This document shows positions 1 through 14,577 of a stretch of 64,000 bases of DNA, one piece after another. The notes beneath the pieces were generated by a model, which did no database searches, had not been told where the DNA came from, and saw only the letters and a list, made by a program, of their open reading frames with translations. This DNA comes from the human T2T-CHM13v2.0 reference genome, Homo sapiens, in assembly GCF_009914755.1 (NCBI RefSeq), contig NC_060926.1. One strand, 5' to 3'. How positions within the stretch are numbered: the stretch's first letter is position 1; each line of letters starts with the position of its first letter. The position numbers and the translations under genes are program-made.

Positions 1-738
1 AACCCAGCAGGATCAACAAGACACCCCAGGAAAAAAGGTAAACGGCTGGCAAAGGTCATCTGGGCTCTAAATCTTAAGAGTGAAGGACTCTTTCACAGGG
101 CTAGCATCAAGACACACAGCTAAGGGAATGGGGCCAAGAGGTTGCCCAAGCCTGCCAGTAATTATCCTATAAGACTCCCAATACAGTCTACTGGAACAGC
201 TTTAGTGGTATTCATGAATTCCCTGAAAACCTACACAAAACTATTCTGTACATTTACGACTTGCTGGAAAGAGGGTTCATAGATTTTAAAAGACTCTTAA
301 AACACTCAAGAATCACAGGTCTGAGCTGAAAGAACACAGTCTTTATTCCTCACACGTAGTTTAGGGCAGCTCGCCAGGACATATAAGATAGGGACTTGGG
401 AACAAACCCCTAGCTAGTTACCCAGGTTGTATTTGCCTGTGTCTTCTGGGTATATCTCCCACAACTGCACAGAACTAAGTGACAGTGAAGATTCAGAATC
501 CCAGAAATCGCTAACAGAAGATGCAAACACATACCTTTCCCCTCACCTATGTTAATACAAAACTATTGCCATTGATGTTTACGGTATTTTTTTCTTGCAT
601 GCAGTTACTGCCTTTACTCAGGGAATAGGGCAGACCGATGACAAAGGTAGGAGGATTATCACAGGAAAAAAATGTACAGGGAGTCCTCTCCCCTTCTCCT
701 TCTGCCACTAACACCCAAACTCACTTTCTCTCACACAG

Positions 739-742
<4 letters not shown>

Positions 743-772
<30 letters not shown>
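743..772. repeat. (CA)n microsatellite
   Basis: About 15 perfect AC units. Confidence 0.95.
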
Positions 773-777
<5 letters not shown>

Positions 778-970
778 CATAATAGAGGTTGTCCACATTC
801 ATTTCCCAAAATATTTAGATCTTGATTCTTCAACTCAAAGTCATTTACTGCAGTGATTTTAAGTAATACTAAGCATGTTATACATGAAATTTTATCCATG
901 GAAGGAGATTTGGAATTTGTTTTGGTTTTTAAACAATTCAAAAACAATGAGAAAATCCTTTAAAATTTAC

Positions 971-1041
971 CTTCTAACTGCGACAGACTTAGAGGTACAG
1001 TTGCTTGTTATGACAGGTATTAACCTAGGGATGTGTGTGTG
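971..1041 (-). CDS. CLASP1: CLASP1 coding exon (8th, 71 nt): HTHIPRLIPVITSNCTSKSVAVR(R)
   Basis: Acceptor cttcacag|CAC, donor GAAG|gtaaat; phase 0 in, phase 2 out. Confidence 0.95.
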
Positions 1042-2123
1042 CTGTGAAGAACAACAAAAAACAGAGGTCAACACTTGCAAATACAAAAACAAAACAAAAT
1101 TAAGAGAATCACTTCCTTACTAACCTACTTATAGCACATATATATTCAGATTAGAATGTCAGTGAGTTTTAAAAGAAAAAAAGAATTCACAGGATATTGT
1201 CAAAAGCCATTAGAAAATTTACAGAGTTAAGAACAGGCAACATGATGACATGAAGATAAGCCTAAAACAATCATTAGTATGAGGTCTAAATTATCTCAGC
1301 TGTAGACATCTGAGTGGGTTTAAAAGGAGTGGGTTTGAAAGGAGTCATCAGACCAATATATTTTGATACTATTTCAATAGAAATGTCCAATAATGACCTT
1401 GGGTTTAACAGTTAAAGCAGGCAGTGCAAGTAAGAACAGTAAGAACTTATAATACAAAGTAAATAACCAATAATCAAGAATATTCTGGATAGATTTTAGA
1501 CAACATCATCAAGCCTCAAAGTTTCAAGAGCTGCCTCTGGGCAAAAATGACTTGAAAGTGGTGGGGAGGTAATGTGGAAAACCATTTTAAACCTTTGTGA
1601 ACTATTAGATTTTGTTAAAAACCTGTGTATAAATTACTTGGATAATTATTTAAATTTAAACAAACAAGTGCCTAGAAAACCTAACCAAAGAGAACATTTT
1701 GTTTCGTGCTTATGTGCAATTAATTAAACTTTTGGGTGAACAGTAAAACCACAAGCACCAATACCTAAAACGGAAGGACTGGGACTAAGGAGGTAAGACT
1801 AAGAGTAATATCCGAGTAACAAGAATACAATATAAACTCAGAAGCAGACACCGGATGTTCGAACATTTTAAACCAATAGTGAGTTAACAATCAATACCTC
1901 ATTAACTTTATAACACAACCATAATTCACATTATGGATTATAAAAAGCTCACATGCCACAATTAAGTAGGGGGAAAAGATGATATATATACAAAATTCCA
2001 ATATAATTATGCTAATAAATTTAATGACTCAATATAATTATGTTAACAAAAATGCCTCTAATATTTATCAACCATCAGTATTTACCACTTGCTTATTTCA
2101 AGCATGGCCTATAACATACTTAC

Positions 2124-2259
2124 CCGAATAATTAACCTAACAGCTACAACACCAGATGTGGCCATAATTTTGGCACTGTTTGGAATTAAATTAAAGATAG
2201 TTGGCATAATGGCTTCAGCTCCATGGTCAAACTTATTCCCCAGAACTGATGACAGATGC
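2124..2259 (-). CDS. CLASP1: CLASP1 coding exon (7th, 136 nt): HLSSVLGNKFDHGAEAIMPTIFNLIPNSAKIMATSGVVAVRLIIR
   Basis: Acceptor ttttag|GCAT, donor CGG|gtaagt; contained in ORF 2109..2345(-). Confidence 0.97.
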
Positions 2260-2479
2260 CTAAAACAAGAAAAGGATACTGGACTATAGTTATTTTTCTT
2301 AGAGACAGTGAAGCATATAAACCACTTAACATCTAGAGCCTTCATTTAAAGTTATCTAGAAAGGACAAGGGTCTGAGATTTCCGATGTGCATGTTAAGAA
2401 CTTGGCAAATAGTTCTTAGCCCAAAAGTTTTGTTGTTTTTTTTTTTAAAAAAAAACATTTCCAACTAGTCTGTGGAGCT

Positions 2480-2613
2480 TTTTGTTTGTTTTCTAGAGGC
2501 AGGATCTCACTACCTTGCCCACGTTGAACTTGAACTCCTGGGCTCAATCAATCCTCCCACTTTGGCTTTCCAAGTAGCTGGGACTCCAGGCACATACCAG
2601 CCCACCTGCCCCA
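2480..2613 (-). mobile_element. Alu monomer (FLAM-like)
   Basis: T-rich tail, gaactcctgggctcaa...agtagctgggact core, ctagtct on both sides. Confidence 0.8.
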
Positions 2614-3263
2614 GCTAGTCTTAAAATAGCAAACAAACTGATTATATATTAATAAAACACAAATATGAAAAAGCACCCTTGGCTCCTTTTTCTTTTTTCT
2701 TTTATCTTAACATAAAATATTCAGGCTTCAAAATCTGACTTCAGCCAAAACTTAAAACAGCTGCAATGCCTCCTCCTGCTGCTGCTGCTGCTTTGATATT
2801 CCGACATACATTCTAACACAAAGTTTTAATAGCTTTGATCACTAGTACACGTACAGCTAGAATAAAATCTTACTGCAGTAAATGCCTTTAACTTTATAAC
2901 TACAGTACTCTTCTAGGAACAAACATTCTGATAAACACGCTATTGCCTGCCAGCAAAAATCAATGAAAAATCAGAGAAACAGGATTTTATAGAATTTCAC
3001 TTTTCCATATTAATAACTGCTTCAAAGTTTGAAATAAAGACTTCAGAGCTATGTCACTGAATAAAATTTAAAATCTGTCACACTTCACATAATTGAGCAA
3101 AAAGTATTGTAAAACTACTGAAAGAAGTGTTAACTGGAATGGGTCTTGGAGACTAGTCAGAAGTTACATTAAAGAGACCCAGCTCACATGTTCAAGGAGA
3201 CATCTCTGAAGCTCTGTGGTGACACTATTTTATGGTGAGAATATGGAGCATCGCAGTCCTTAC

Positions 3264-3409
3264 CCCAACGTGATACAAGCCTCCCGCACTACCTGAGACC
3301 GCAGGTCCTTAGCAGAGAGTTTAAAGGCTCCATCCAAAAGACGCAAATGTTGAAAGAAGTTATCATACTCAGCAGCACCAGCCAAAAGTAAAGATCTAAT
3401 CTTTTTTAG
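3264..3409 (-). CDS. CLASP1: CLASP1 coding exon (6th, 146 nt): LKKIRSLLLAGAAEYDNFFQHLRLLDGAFKLSAKDLRSQVVREACITL(G)
   Basis: Acceptor ccattag|CTA, donor TGGG|gtaagg; DLRSQVVREAC HEAT motif; phase 0 in, phase 2 out. Confidence 0.96.
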
Positions 3410-4384
3410 CTAATGGAATAGAGAAAATTCAGAAAAATAGAAAACAATTCTAACACAGACTATACACAACAAAAGAAGTCATCAAATACAAAAGAGATCA
3501 TTGTTAAAGTTCAACTGATTAGAAAGCTTTCCCAAAAGAATTCAGCCAGTTAAATATTAGCTAATACAATAAACAAATCTACATATCACAAATAAGACTA
3601 AATAATTTTTAACTAGAGTATTTGTGACACATATACTATAATTTCTGCAAAAAAAGTTTTACATTTGAAATATCTTAAAGTATTTATAGATCCTACAACA
3701 CTAATGATAAATAATTAAAAACTTTTGGCTTGTGAAAATCCCCTCCTAAGCTTACCTCCCCGCGACACCCCACTTCAACTGCCATTTATTTAAGAATCAA
3801 AGGAAGAAGCATTCCTATAGTATTTATTATCCTCCACTGAACCATTAAATGGCTGGTCTGAATTTGAAATACAATATAATGGCAATTGTACCACTTCTCT
3901 TCTTGCCAGCCAACCAGTAGAAAATAGCCTTCTCAGATAAGACACACCCTCACTTTAATGCTGAGCCCACTTTCCATTAATCTACTTTTAAAAATAAAGG
4001 AGACACAACTTTCTAGCAAGTGATAAGAAGAAAGAAAAGAATATTGGAGACATACACTAAAAATGCCACAAAAAAGCCACCTTAAAGGCAAACAATCACA
4101 GAATGAAATTTCTGCTAAGGTGAGAGTGGAGACTATTACCATACATTCCACAGTCAGGTCTTTGTTAAAAGACTAGGCGATTCATAAAGGTGTAAGTTGG
4201 TGTGTTTTCAAAATAAAAATAAAAGGAGACACTCTACTAAAAAGGTGAAGTATAAATATGATAATTTGAACTTAAAATATGTACTATTTAGAATTCATTA
4301 GAGCTGTCCCAATTTCACAATAAAGTATTTGAGATATTTAAATACATCTTATGAAAATGTAATCACATGAAGTCAACAGCTTAC

Positions 4385-4477
4385 AGCATTTACTCTCTGC
4401 TCCCAATCATGCTTGTCATCAGATAATATTTCCCTAATTTTGTTTATGGATTCCTCAAGGTCTCGGCTGGAATAAAT
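4385..4477 (-). CDS. CLASP1: CLASP1 coding exon (5th, 93 nt): IYSSRDLEESINKIREILSDDKHDWEQRVNA, TOG2 with the conserved Trp loop
   Basis: Acceptor gcttacag|ATT, donor GCT|gtaagc; phase 0/0. Confidence 0.96.
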
Positions 4478-4967
4478 CTGTAAGCAAAATTAATTTACAA
4501 TCAATATAAAAACATGCAGAATAAACAGATTATTTCTTAATTACATGAAGTCAAGAACATTAAGTATGGTAAAAGAAATTATTTTTTTAAGAAATACCTA
4601 TGAGAAAATATCTGAACAGTTTTGTCTATAATGAGGATCTTTCTCACTACAAATGTGTACCCACAAGATTTGCTGCCATATGTGAATAACCCTGCCTCAA
4701 ACATAGCTTTACTATAAACTTAACAGATGATTTCATGTACAAAGAGAAACAAGGCTAATGGGAAACAGCCAGTGATGCCTAAGTCATTTCTCACTTAGTA
4801 TTATTTATAACATGACACTATACCTATAAATTTAAACAGTTTCAAATCTACTTTCTCATTTATCCCCACATCTTACCTAGAAAACAGGTAAGGTACAGGG
4901 TATAATCAATCTTGATGTATGCTGGGAAGGTCAGGTCAAGTACTTAAGGATGAACCTGAACCCGAGA

Positions 4968-5175
4968 TTGTTTTTTGTTTAAGACACTGGGAATCACTCT
5001 GTCGCCCAGGATGGAGTGCAGTGGCGCAATCTCAATTCACAACAAACTCCACCTCCCGGGTTCAAGGGAGCCTCACACCTCAATCTCCCGAATAGCTAGA
5101 ACTATAGGCACAAGCCACCATGGATGATTTTTGTATCTTTTATAGAGATGAGGTTTCGCCATGTCGCCTAGGCCA
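4968..5175 (-). mobile_element. Alu fragment (old, AluJ-like)
   Basis: ctctgtcgcccagg.tggagtgcagtggcgcaatctc...tttttgtat...gagatgaggtttcgccatgt. Confidence 0.85.
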
Positions 5176-5815
5176 CTGAGATTCTTGTTACCTGCTTTAT
5201 ACACATATGGCAACCAAGGTGGCAAAGAGAGTTGTACATAACAGACAGTAAGTGCCACAGGAATCCAGAGCACAGACAGTCAGTGTAGGCTGAGGAAAAG
5301 TATTAGTCTCAATCAGCAACAGACGATACTAAGGCACAAAGCAGTCAAACTTGTGGCTGTATCCCAATTTTTATAAATAATCTTTGTTTCATCTGTTAGG
5401 TACTTAAAGTGAAGCATCAAAGAAGGTATAAACTAAGCTCTTATTAAACCATTCTCCATAACTTTTCAGACACCAAAATCCTTCAAACTTATGAATTAAA
5501 AAAAAAAAAAATCCCTAAATAAATATACTTTTTTTATTCTCTAATTTAGCGTCATCTATTTCTTTCTCTTTTATGTGACCTGATCCATAAACTTAATAAT
5601 AGAGCAACCAATGTCTTTCCCGTTCTTACTGAAAGATTATCTTGGGCCTTGACTTTTGCTCCAACATTTTCTGGTCTGCACCTCAGATCTCCTGTAGTGC
5701 TGACAGTTAAAATTACCTGACCTAGTAAACAACATTACATAGGCAGAATTGAAAAATAAAACTTGAAGAGTAAGTTGACCCTTGTTTGTAATCATACTCA
5801 AATATCCTCACTGAC

Positions 5816-5889
5816 CTGTACTACAGGTACATCATCAAATGCTTTAATAAAATCCTCTTCATCAACAGCACCAGCTCCTTCTTTTGCAG
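5816..5889 (-). CDS. CLASP1: CLASP1 coding exon (4th, 74 nt): AAKEGAGAVDEEDFIKAFDDVPVVQ
   Basis: Acceptor ttttacag|CTGC, donor CAG|gtcagt; phase 1 in, phase 0 out. Confidence 0.96.
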
Positions 5890-7121
5890 CTGTAAAAAAG
5901 AATTTTAAAAATGTAAACAATATGAAACAACGTCTATAACACATACACTGAAGAAGTCTAAACATACACAATCAAAATTACATTTTGGAAGATTCAGAAC
6001 ATTTTTTTAAAAGGCTTCATATAACTTTGAAGTGTCATGAAATTGACAAACATTACTGACTTCATATCAAGATGAAATATAGTAATTCTACAATGCTATA
6101 TACATTAGCTTAAGGTCACTTAGACTACCTGTTTAAGCAGGGAGGGTATGGGTTTTAAAGGATTTAGATATTGTATTAACATACAAGTCCTTTGAAAGAT
6201 TCCTAATAAATGGATCAAGCAGAAAATTTAATTCATCAGGGAATAACTTAAATTGTTATTACTGGGAATCCAGCATAACAAATTTGTGAATATTCAAACA
6301 AGTCCTAAATAATTTCACAGTTTTATTTAACTTTATATTAGTTTGAAAACATTTCTATTTCCTTGAACTCATGATAACTGTCATTTTTTTCACTTAAGAA
6401 TCAGTTACAAGTTTCTCCTACAAACTTACCCTAAGATGCTTTGTATAATTAAAAGTATTGGAGAAAGTATTTCTTTTTGCTAATATGAGCTCCCCTTTAT
6501 GTATGAAAATCAAGTGATGCTTTATCAGATTTTTTTCACATTGTAAAAATTGGTATCTATAGTCCTCTTCATAACCCCCATTAATGATTTACATGGATTA
6601 GTCTGATTGCTTTTCTAAGACCTTCTTACCACTCATGTATCTGGTGTTCAGGGTCCTGATAACTATCCAGACAGAAAGGGGCTTTAAAGACAATCCCAGG
6701 TAGCAGTAAATGTGTGTCATCACTCTTGCTGAAGATCACTCACACTGTGGAAAAGCTAACTACTATAAAGGATGACCGTCACTCACTGTGATGTGGTGCT
6801 CTGTGTCTGTTTTAGCATAAAAACTGGATCCCATTGAGCAGATAGGCCCTGAATGCCTCCTTTGCATAAGGCCCTACACCATGTACCCACATATACTGAA
6901 GAGGACTCAAAGGCCAACAACAGTCCCTGAGCCTAAGCTATCTGATGAGGAGGAGCTAATCAGGAAATTCATGACTATGGCATTAAACAACATGCAAAAA
7001 GGATAAGTGCAGGGCTGAAGGGGAAAACTGGGCTGATATGTGCATAATCTACACAGCAGGGACTTCTGGAAGGGGTATGGACGCGAGATGGGAAGGAAAG
7101 CACCAGTCTAGTAATTTTCTA

Positions 7122-9354
<2,233 letters not shown>

Positions 9355-10081
9355 TAAGCCTTGTTTGTGCAACGGATAATTACCCAAGAATAGTTCAAGA
9401 AAAAAGATTAGAAAGATTGTTCAGGCATTAAAAGGAACAAAGTATTGATATATGCTACAAGGTAGATGAAACACTGAAAACATCACCTTTAAAATGGCTA
9501 ATTTTATGTTATGAGAATTTAAACTCAGTAACAAAAAGTAAAATGTTTTAAAATACACCAAAAAAATAATCAGAAAGAACTAGAAATAAGCACAATTAAC
9601 ATTCCTACAGCTCCTCTATCACAGATGCTGGGGTGAGGAGGCAGAGTGGTCCCATGCTGGTCTGGTCAAGATACCAATATTCTAGGGCCGGTTCAGAATT
9701 CAGGAGAGGCCATCAGGAGACAGCATTTTAATGCTAACCATGAGTACAGCTTTTACTTGGCCCACTCAGCTTCATCTTTTTTGGCTCATGGGATTCCCCA
9801 CCCACCACTATCCCCACCACCACCAACTGCTCAAAGCTCACAGCCATCAGTGAAAATGGTTCTAAGAGCAGCACCTACACAATTTTTCTGAGATAAATTT
9901 CAGAGGGAATTTGCATGTAAATGTAAAATTTGAGAGAAAATAAGAGTTGTATATAACAACCAAACTGTCTACATTAGGGGTGAAAGGAAGAATTTATGGG
10001 AGAAATCTCCTACAATTTATTTAATGCAACATCCATACTGGTCTCACAAGGAACCATGTTGCTTGTAAGAACAAAATGTGT

Positions 10082-12046
10082 TTTATCTTATTTATTTTTA
10101 TTCCCAACTTTTAAGTTCAGGGGTGCATGTGTAGGATGTGCAGGTTGGTTACATAGGTAAACGTGTGCCATGGTGGTTTGCTGCACAGATCATCCCATCA
10201 CCTAGGTATTAAGACCAGCACATTAGCTATTCTTCGTGATGTGCTCCCTCCTCCCACCCCAAACCCTGCAACAGGTCCCAGTGTGTGTTTTCCTCACCCA
10301 TGTGTCCATGTGTTCTCATCATTCAGCTCCCACTTATAAGTGAGAACATGTAGTATTTGGTTTTCTGTTCCTGCATTAGACTGCTGAGGATAATGGCTTC
10401 CACCTCCATCCATGTCCCTGCAAAGGACATGATCTTGTTCCTTTTTATGAATGTGGTATACATGTACCACACTTTCTTTATCCAGTCTATCATTGATGGG
10501 CATTTAGGTTGATCCCACATCTTTGCTATTGTGAATAGTGCTGGGATGAACATATGCATACATGTATCTTTATAACAGAATGATTTATATTCCTTTGGGT
10601 ATATGCCCAATAATGGGACTGCTAGGTCAAATGGTAATTCTGCCTCTAGGTCTTTGGGGAATTGCCACACTGTCTTCCACAGTGGTTGAATTAATTTACA
10701 CTCCCATCAACAGTGTAAAAGCACTCCTTTTTCTCCACAACCTCGCCAGCATCTATTGTTTTTCTGAATTTTTAATAATAGCCATTCTGACTGGTGTGAG
10801 ATGGTATCTCATTGTGATTTGCATTTCTCTAATAATCAGTGATGTTGAGCTTTTTTTCATGTTTGTTGGCTGCATGTTCATCCTCTTTTCGTAACTGTCT
10901 GCTCATTTTCTTTGCCCACTTTTTAATGGGGTTGTTTTTTCTTGTAAATTTAAGTTCTTTGCAGATTCTGGATGTTAGGCCTTTTGTCAGACGGATAGAT
11001 TGCAAAATTTTTCTCCCATTCTGTAGGTTGAGTGTTCTCTCTGATGACAGTTTATTTTGCTGTGCAGAAGCTCTTTAATTAGGTCCATTTGTCAATTTTT
11101 GCTTTTGTTGCAATTGCTTTTGGTGTCTTCGTCATGAAATCTTTGCCCATGCCTATGTCCTAAATGGTATTGCCTAGATTTCCTTCTAGGGTTTTATAGT
11201 TTTGAGTTATACATTTACGTCTTTCATCCATCTTGAGTTGATTTTTGTATAGCGTGTAAGGAAGAGGTCCAGTTTCAATTTTCTGCATATGGCTATCCAG
11301 TTCTCCCAGCACCATTTATTAAACAGGGAATTCTTTCCCCATTGCTTGTTTTTATCAGGTTTGTCGAAGATCAGATGGTTGTAGTCGTGGGTTCTTTATT
11401 TCTGGGTTCTCTCTTCTATTCCATTGGTCTATGTGTCTGTTCTTGTACTACTACCACACTGTTTTGGTTAGGGGTAGCCTTATAGTATAAAGTTGGATAG
11501 AGTGATGCCTCCAGCTTTGTTCTTTTTGCTTAGGATTGCCTTGGCTATATGAGCTCTTATTTGGTTCTATATGGATTTTAAGATAGTTTCTTCTAATTCT
11601 GTCAATGTTAGTTTAATAGGAATAGCACTAAATCTATAATTGCTTTGGGCAGTATGGCCATTTCATAATATTAATTCTTCCTATCCATGAGCATGGACTG
11701 TTTTTCCATTTGTTTGTATCGTCTCTGATCTCTTTGAGCAGTGTTTTGTAGTGCTCCTTGAGGAAATCCTTCACTTCCCTTGTTAGCTGTATTCCTAGGT
11801 ATTTTATTCTTTTTGTGGCAATTGTGAATGGGAATTCATTCACGATTTGGCTCTCTGCTTGCCTGGTGTTGATGTACAGGAATGCTAGCGATATTTGCAC
11901 ATTAATTTTGTATCCTGAGACTTTGCTGAAGTTGCTTATCAGCTTAAGAAGCTTTTGGGCTGAGACAATGGAGTTTTCTAGATATAGGATCATGTCATCT
12001 GCAAATAAAGATAGTTTGACTTCCTCTCTTCCTATGTGAATACCCT
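10082..12046 (-). mobile_element. Older L1PA element, 3' part (ORF2 RT to 3'UTR), degenerate
   Basis: ORF2-like fragments 10323..10670(-) and 11634..11993(-); L1 3'UTR ending near 10085. Confidence 0.93.
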
Positions 12047-12072
12047 AACCCTAACCCCAATCCTAAGCCCAA
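12043..12072 (-). repeat. Short interstitial telomere-like array (5 hexamers)
   Basis: + strand ccctaa ccctaa ccccaa tcctaa gcccaa, in register. Confidence 0.75.
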
Positions 12073-12075
12073 CGC

Positions 12076-12383
12076 CATGCTCCTTTAGCTCAGTGAAGTT
12101 CGTTATTATCCACATTCTGAGGCCTACTTCTGTCATTTCAGCCATCTCAGTCTCAGCCTAGTTCTGAGCCCTTGCTGGAGAGGGGTTGCGGTCATCTGAA
12201 GGAAAAGGGGTACTCCGGCTTTTTGAGTTTTCAGCGCTTTTGTGTTGATTCTTTCTCATCTTTGTGGGCTTATCTACCTTTGATCTTTGAGGTTGTGGTC
12301 CTTTGGATGGGGTTTTTTGTTGTTGCTGTTTTCTGTTTGTTTTTCGTTTAACAGTCTGGTCACTCTTCCGTGGGGCTGCTGCT
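12076..12383 (-). mobile_element. L1PA 5'UTR-end/ORF1-start fragment
   Basis: catgctcctttagctcag..., gagttttcagcg...ttatctacctttgatctttga match the antisense of the L1PA 5'UTR/ORF1 junction. Confidence 0.8.
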
Positions 12384-12719
12384 ACTCAGCTTTCTACAGA
12401 TTGTCTTTGAGGTGTTGAGCTCTGCCCTTCCTGCATGAAGAGCCTGCGGTCCAGGTAGAGAAATACAGGCCTTCCACTCCCACAGAGCTACCTCCCGCTG
12501 GCCCAGCTCTACTTCATGCTGCCACCCAACAGACACACCAACAGCTGCCACCTCACCATGGCTCACTGGGAACTGGAGCAGAGATGGCTGGTCACCACCA
12601 CCCACAGCACGACCCTGCATGCGGAGTATACACACATGCCCCAATACCTAGGGGCCAGTCTACAAAATATATTTTAAAGACAGGAGTTACAGTGTGACTT
12701 CTGGATTATTCTCAGTCTT

Positions 12720-12935
12720 GTTAAATAGAAATTGTCTAAAATGCCCCTAGTGGTTTCAGGCATTGCTGGATCCAGATAACTAAACAATGTGATGAGGGTG
12801 CGCTCTTGCTCTTATCTCTGAGCTATGCTTTCCTCTGTGCTGGCTTCCTTCTCCTGCAGGCTCCACCTTACTAGAATGTGGCAAAAGTCAACATAGTAGC
12901 TCAAATTTACAACTTACCAGCTTATCAGCATCAGT
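12720..12935 (-). mobile_element. MaLR LTR relic (MLT1-like)
   Basis: ttcaggcattgctggatccag...tgctttcctctgtgctggcttccttctc motif. Confidence 0.55.
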
Positions 12936-13091
12936 ATCGCAATGCTAATTCAATTAAAGAATAGCAGGCAGAAACCTGCTGCATATGGGGACTGTATCAC
13001 TTCTGAGGGCCACCACAGGCAAGTACGTGCACCTCTGGTTTGAAAAGCTGGCATAGCTGACCCCAGAACGCCACACAGGGCTTAGACTAAC

Positions 13092-13244
13092 CTGAAGACT
13101 TGGATCCAAGGGTGGATGAACCAAGCCGGCGGGTGGTTCCCATTCCAACGTTTCTCCGAGAACTTGGTGGAGCCTTGGATGATGTAGAACTAGCAGAGGA
13201 AGGTCTGTTACCATCCACAGAATCTTCATCGTCGAAATTTTTAT
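13092..13244 (-). CDS. CLASP1: CLASP1 coding exon (3rd, 153 nt): DKNFDDEDSVDGNRPSSASSTSSKAPPSSRRNVGMGTTRRLGSSTLGSKSS(A), TOG1-TOG2 linker
   Basis: Acceptor gttcag|ATAAA, donor TCAG|gttagt; phase 1 in and out. Confidence 0.96.
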
Positions 13245-13576
13245 CTGAACAGTAAGCACAGAAACCAACGTTTTTTTAAAAACAAAAACTATATATACAT
13301 ATATATATACTTTTTCACCTGATTATAAAACAATTAGTCTTCGAGACTGATTCTGCATACTCTTTTGGAATCTGAGGTGCTCCTCTAGGGTCTGGAAAGC
13401 CTTAGGTTAAGCCCAGAATGAAGCTACAAAGATCATACTTGCTTTCACATACCCAGAATACTTTTGCACTCAAATTTTGAAAAATAGAACAAATATAAAG
13501 AAGAAAACAATCTCTCATAAAACCACCACCTTGAAACAGTTATTTTCACATTCTGCAACATTTCTGACCATCCATG

Positions 13577-13696
13577 CTTTTTTTTTTTTTTTTTTTTTTT
13601 TTTTTGAAGACAGAGTCTCACTGTCACTCAATCCTCCCTCCTTGGCCTCTCAAGGTGCTAGGATGACAGGCATGAGCCACTGTACTTGGTCACCTG
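13577..13696 (-). mobile_element. Internally deleted Alu monomer with long poly-T
   Basis: T-run, gacagagtctcactgtcac, then caatcctccctccttggcctctcaaggtgct...aggcatgagccac. Confidence 0.8.
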
Positions 13697-14307
13697 GTAC
13701 ACACTTTAAACTAACAGCTGAGATGAGAGTATATATCATATTGGAATAGTGCTTACTTCAAATATGTAAATTTTTCCTCTGTGATGAAATATTTTTCATA
13801 ACCACCATTTTAATAATTGTATGGTACTTTGTAAGTGGAAAATGGTACAAGTGAAACACTCTTATTGTTAGATATTTAGGGTGTTTCTAATTCCTCACCA
13901 TTAGAAATGCAATATTGCCAATACTTTCCTACACTTTTTTTTGTTTGTTTGAATTTCCAATAGTTTTAGGAATGAAAACCATAGAAGCAACAATAGTAGG
14001 TCAAAGAGTGTAAAAGTTCTTGATGTATAGTGCCAAAATTATCAGAGAGGTCATATAAATGTACATTTCTCCTAGAAGTTCAAAGAAGTACTCATCCTTC
14101 CACACCATTGCCAACATTTAATATTACCATTTTTAAACTTTAATCAATCTGACAGGTGAAAAAAAAGACTTCACTTTCTATGTTGCATTTCTTTTTTAGT
14201 GAAGATGAACATTTTTTTCGTAAGTTCATTAACTTTTAAATTTTCTAAACAGCAGTGGATCCAATCAATACTCCTCAAGTTGCATTTAAAATTTTAAAAA
14301 AACACAG

Positions 14308-14577
14308 CTATAATCCTACCACTTTGGGAGGCCAAAATGGGAGGACTGCTTGAGGCCAGGAGTTCAAGACCAGCCTGGGCAACATAGCAAGATCCTGTCT
14401 CTTAAAAATAAAAAAATGTGTCAGATATGGCGGCGTGTGCCTGTAGTCCCAGATACTCAGAAGGCTGAGGCAGGAGCATCAACTTGAGCCCAGGAACTTG
14501 AAGCTGCAGTGAGCCAGGGTCACTCCACTACATTCCAGCCTGGGTGACAGAGCAAGACCCTGTCTCGAGAAAAAAGA
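14308..14577 (+). mobile_element. AluJ-like element
   Basis: actttgggaggcc...tgaggccaggagttcaagaccagcctgggcaacatagc...gctgcagtgagcc. Confidence 0.9.

Noticed and set aside
2774-2792. Short (CTG)n run
   Set aside because: Only about five to six units in an intron; too short to be notable.
12954-13268. 104-aa minus-strand ORF over a CLASP1 exon
   Set aside because: Wrong frame; the spliced CLASP1 frame reads DKNFDDEDSVDG.
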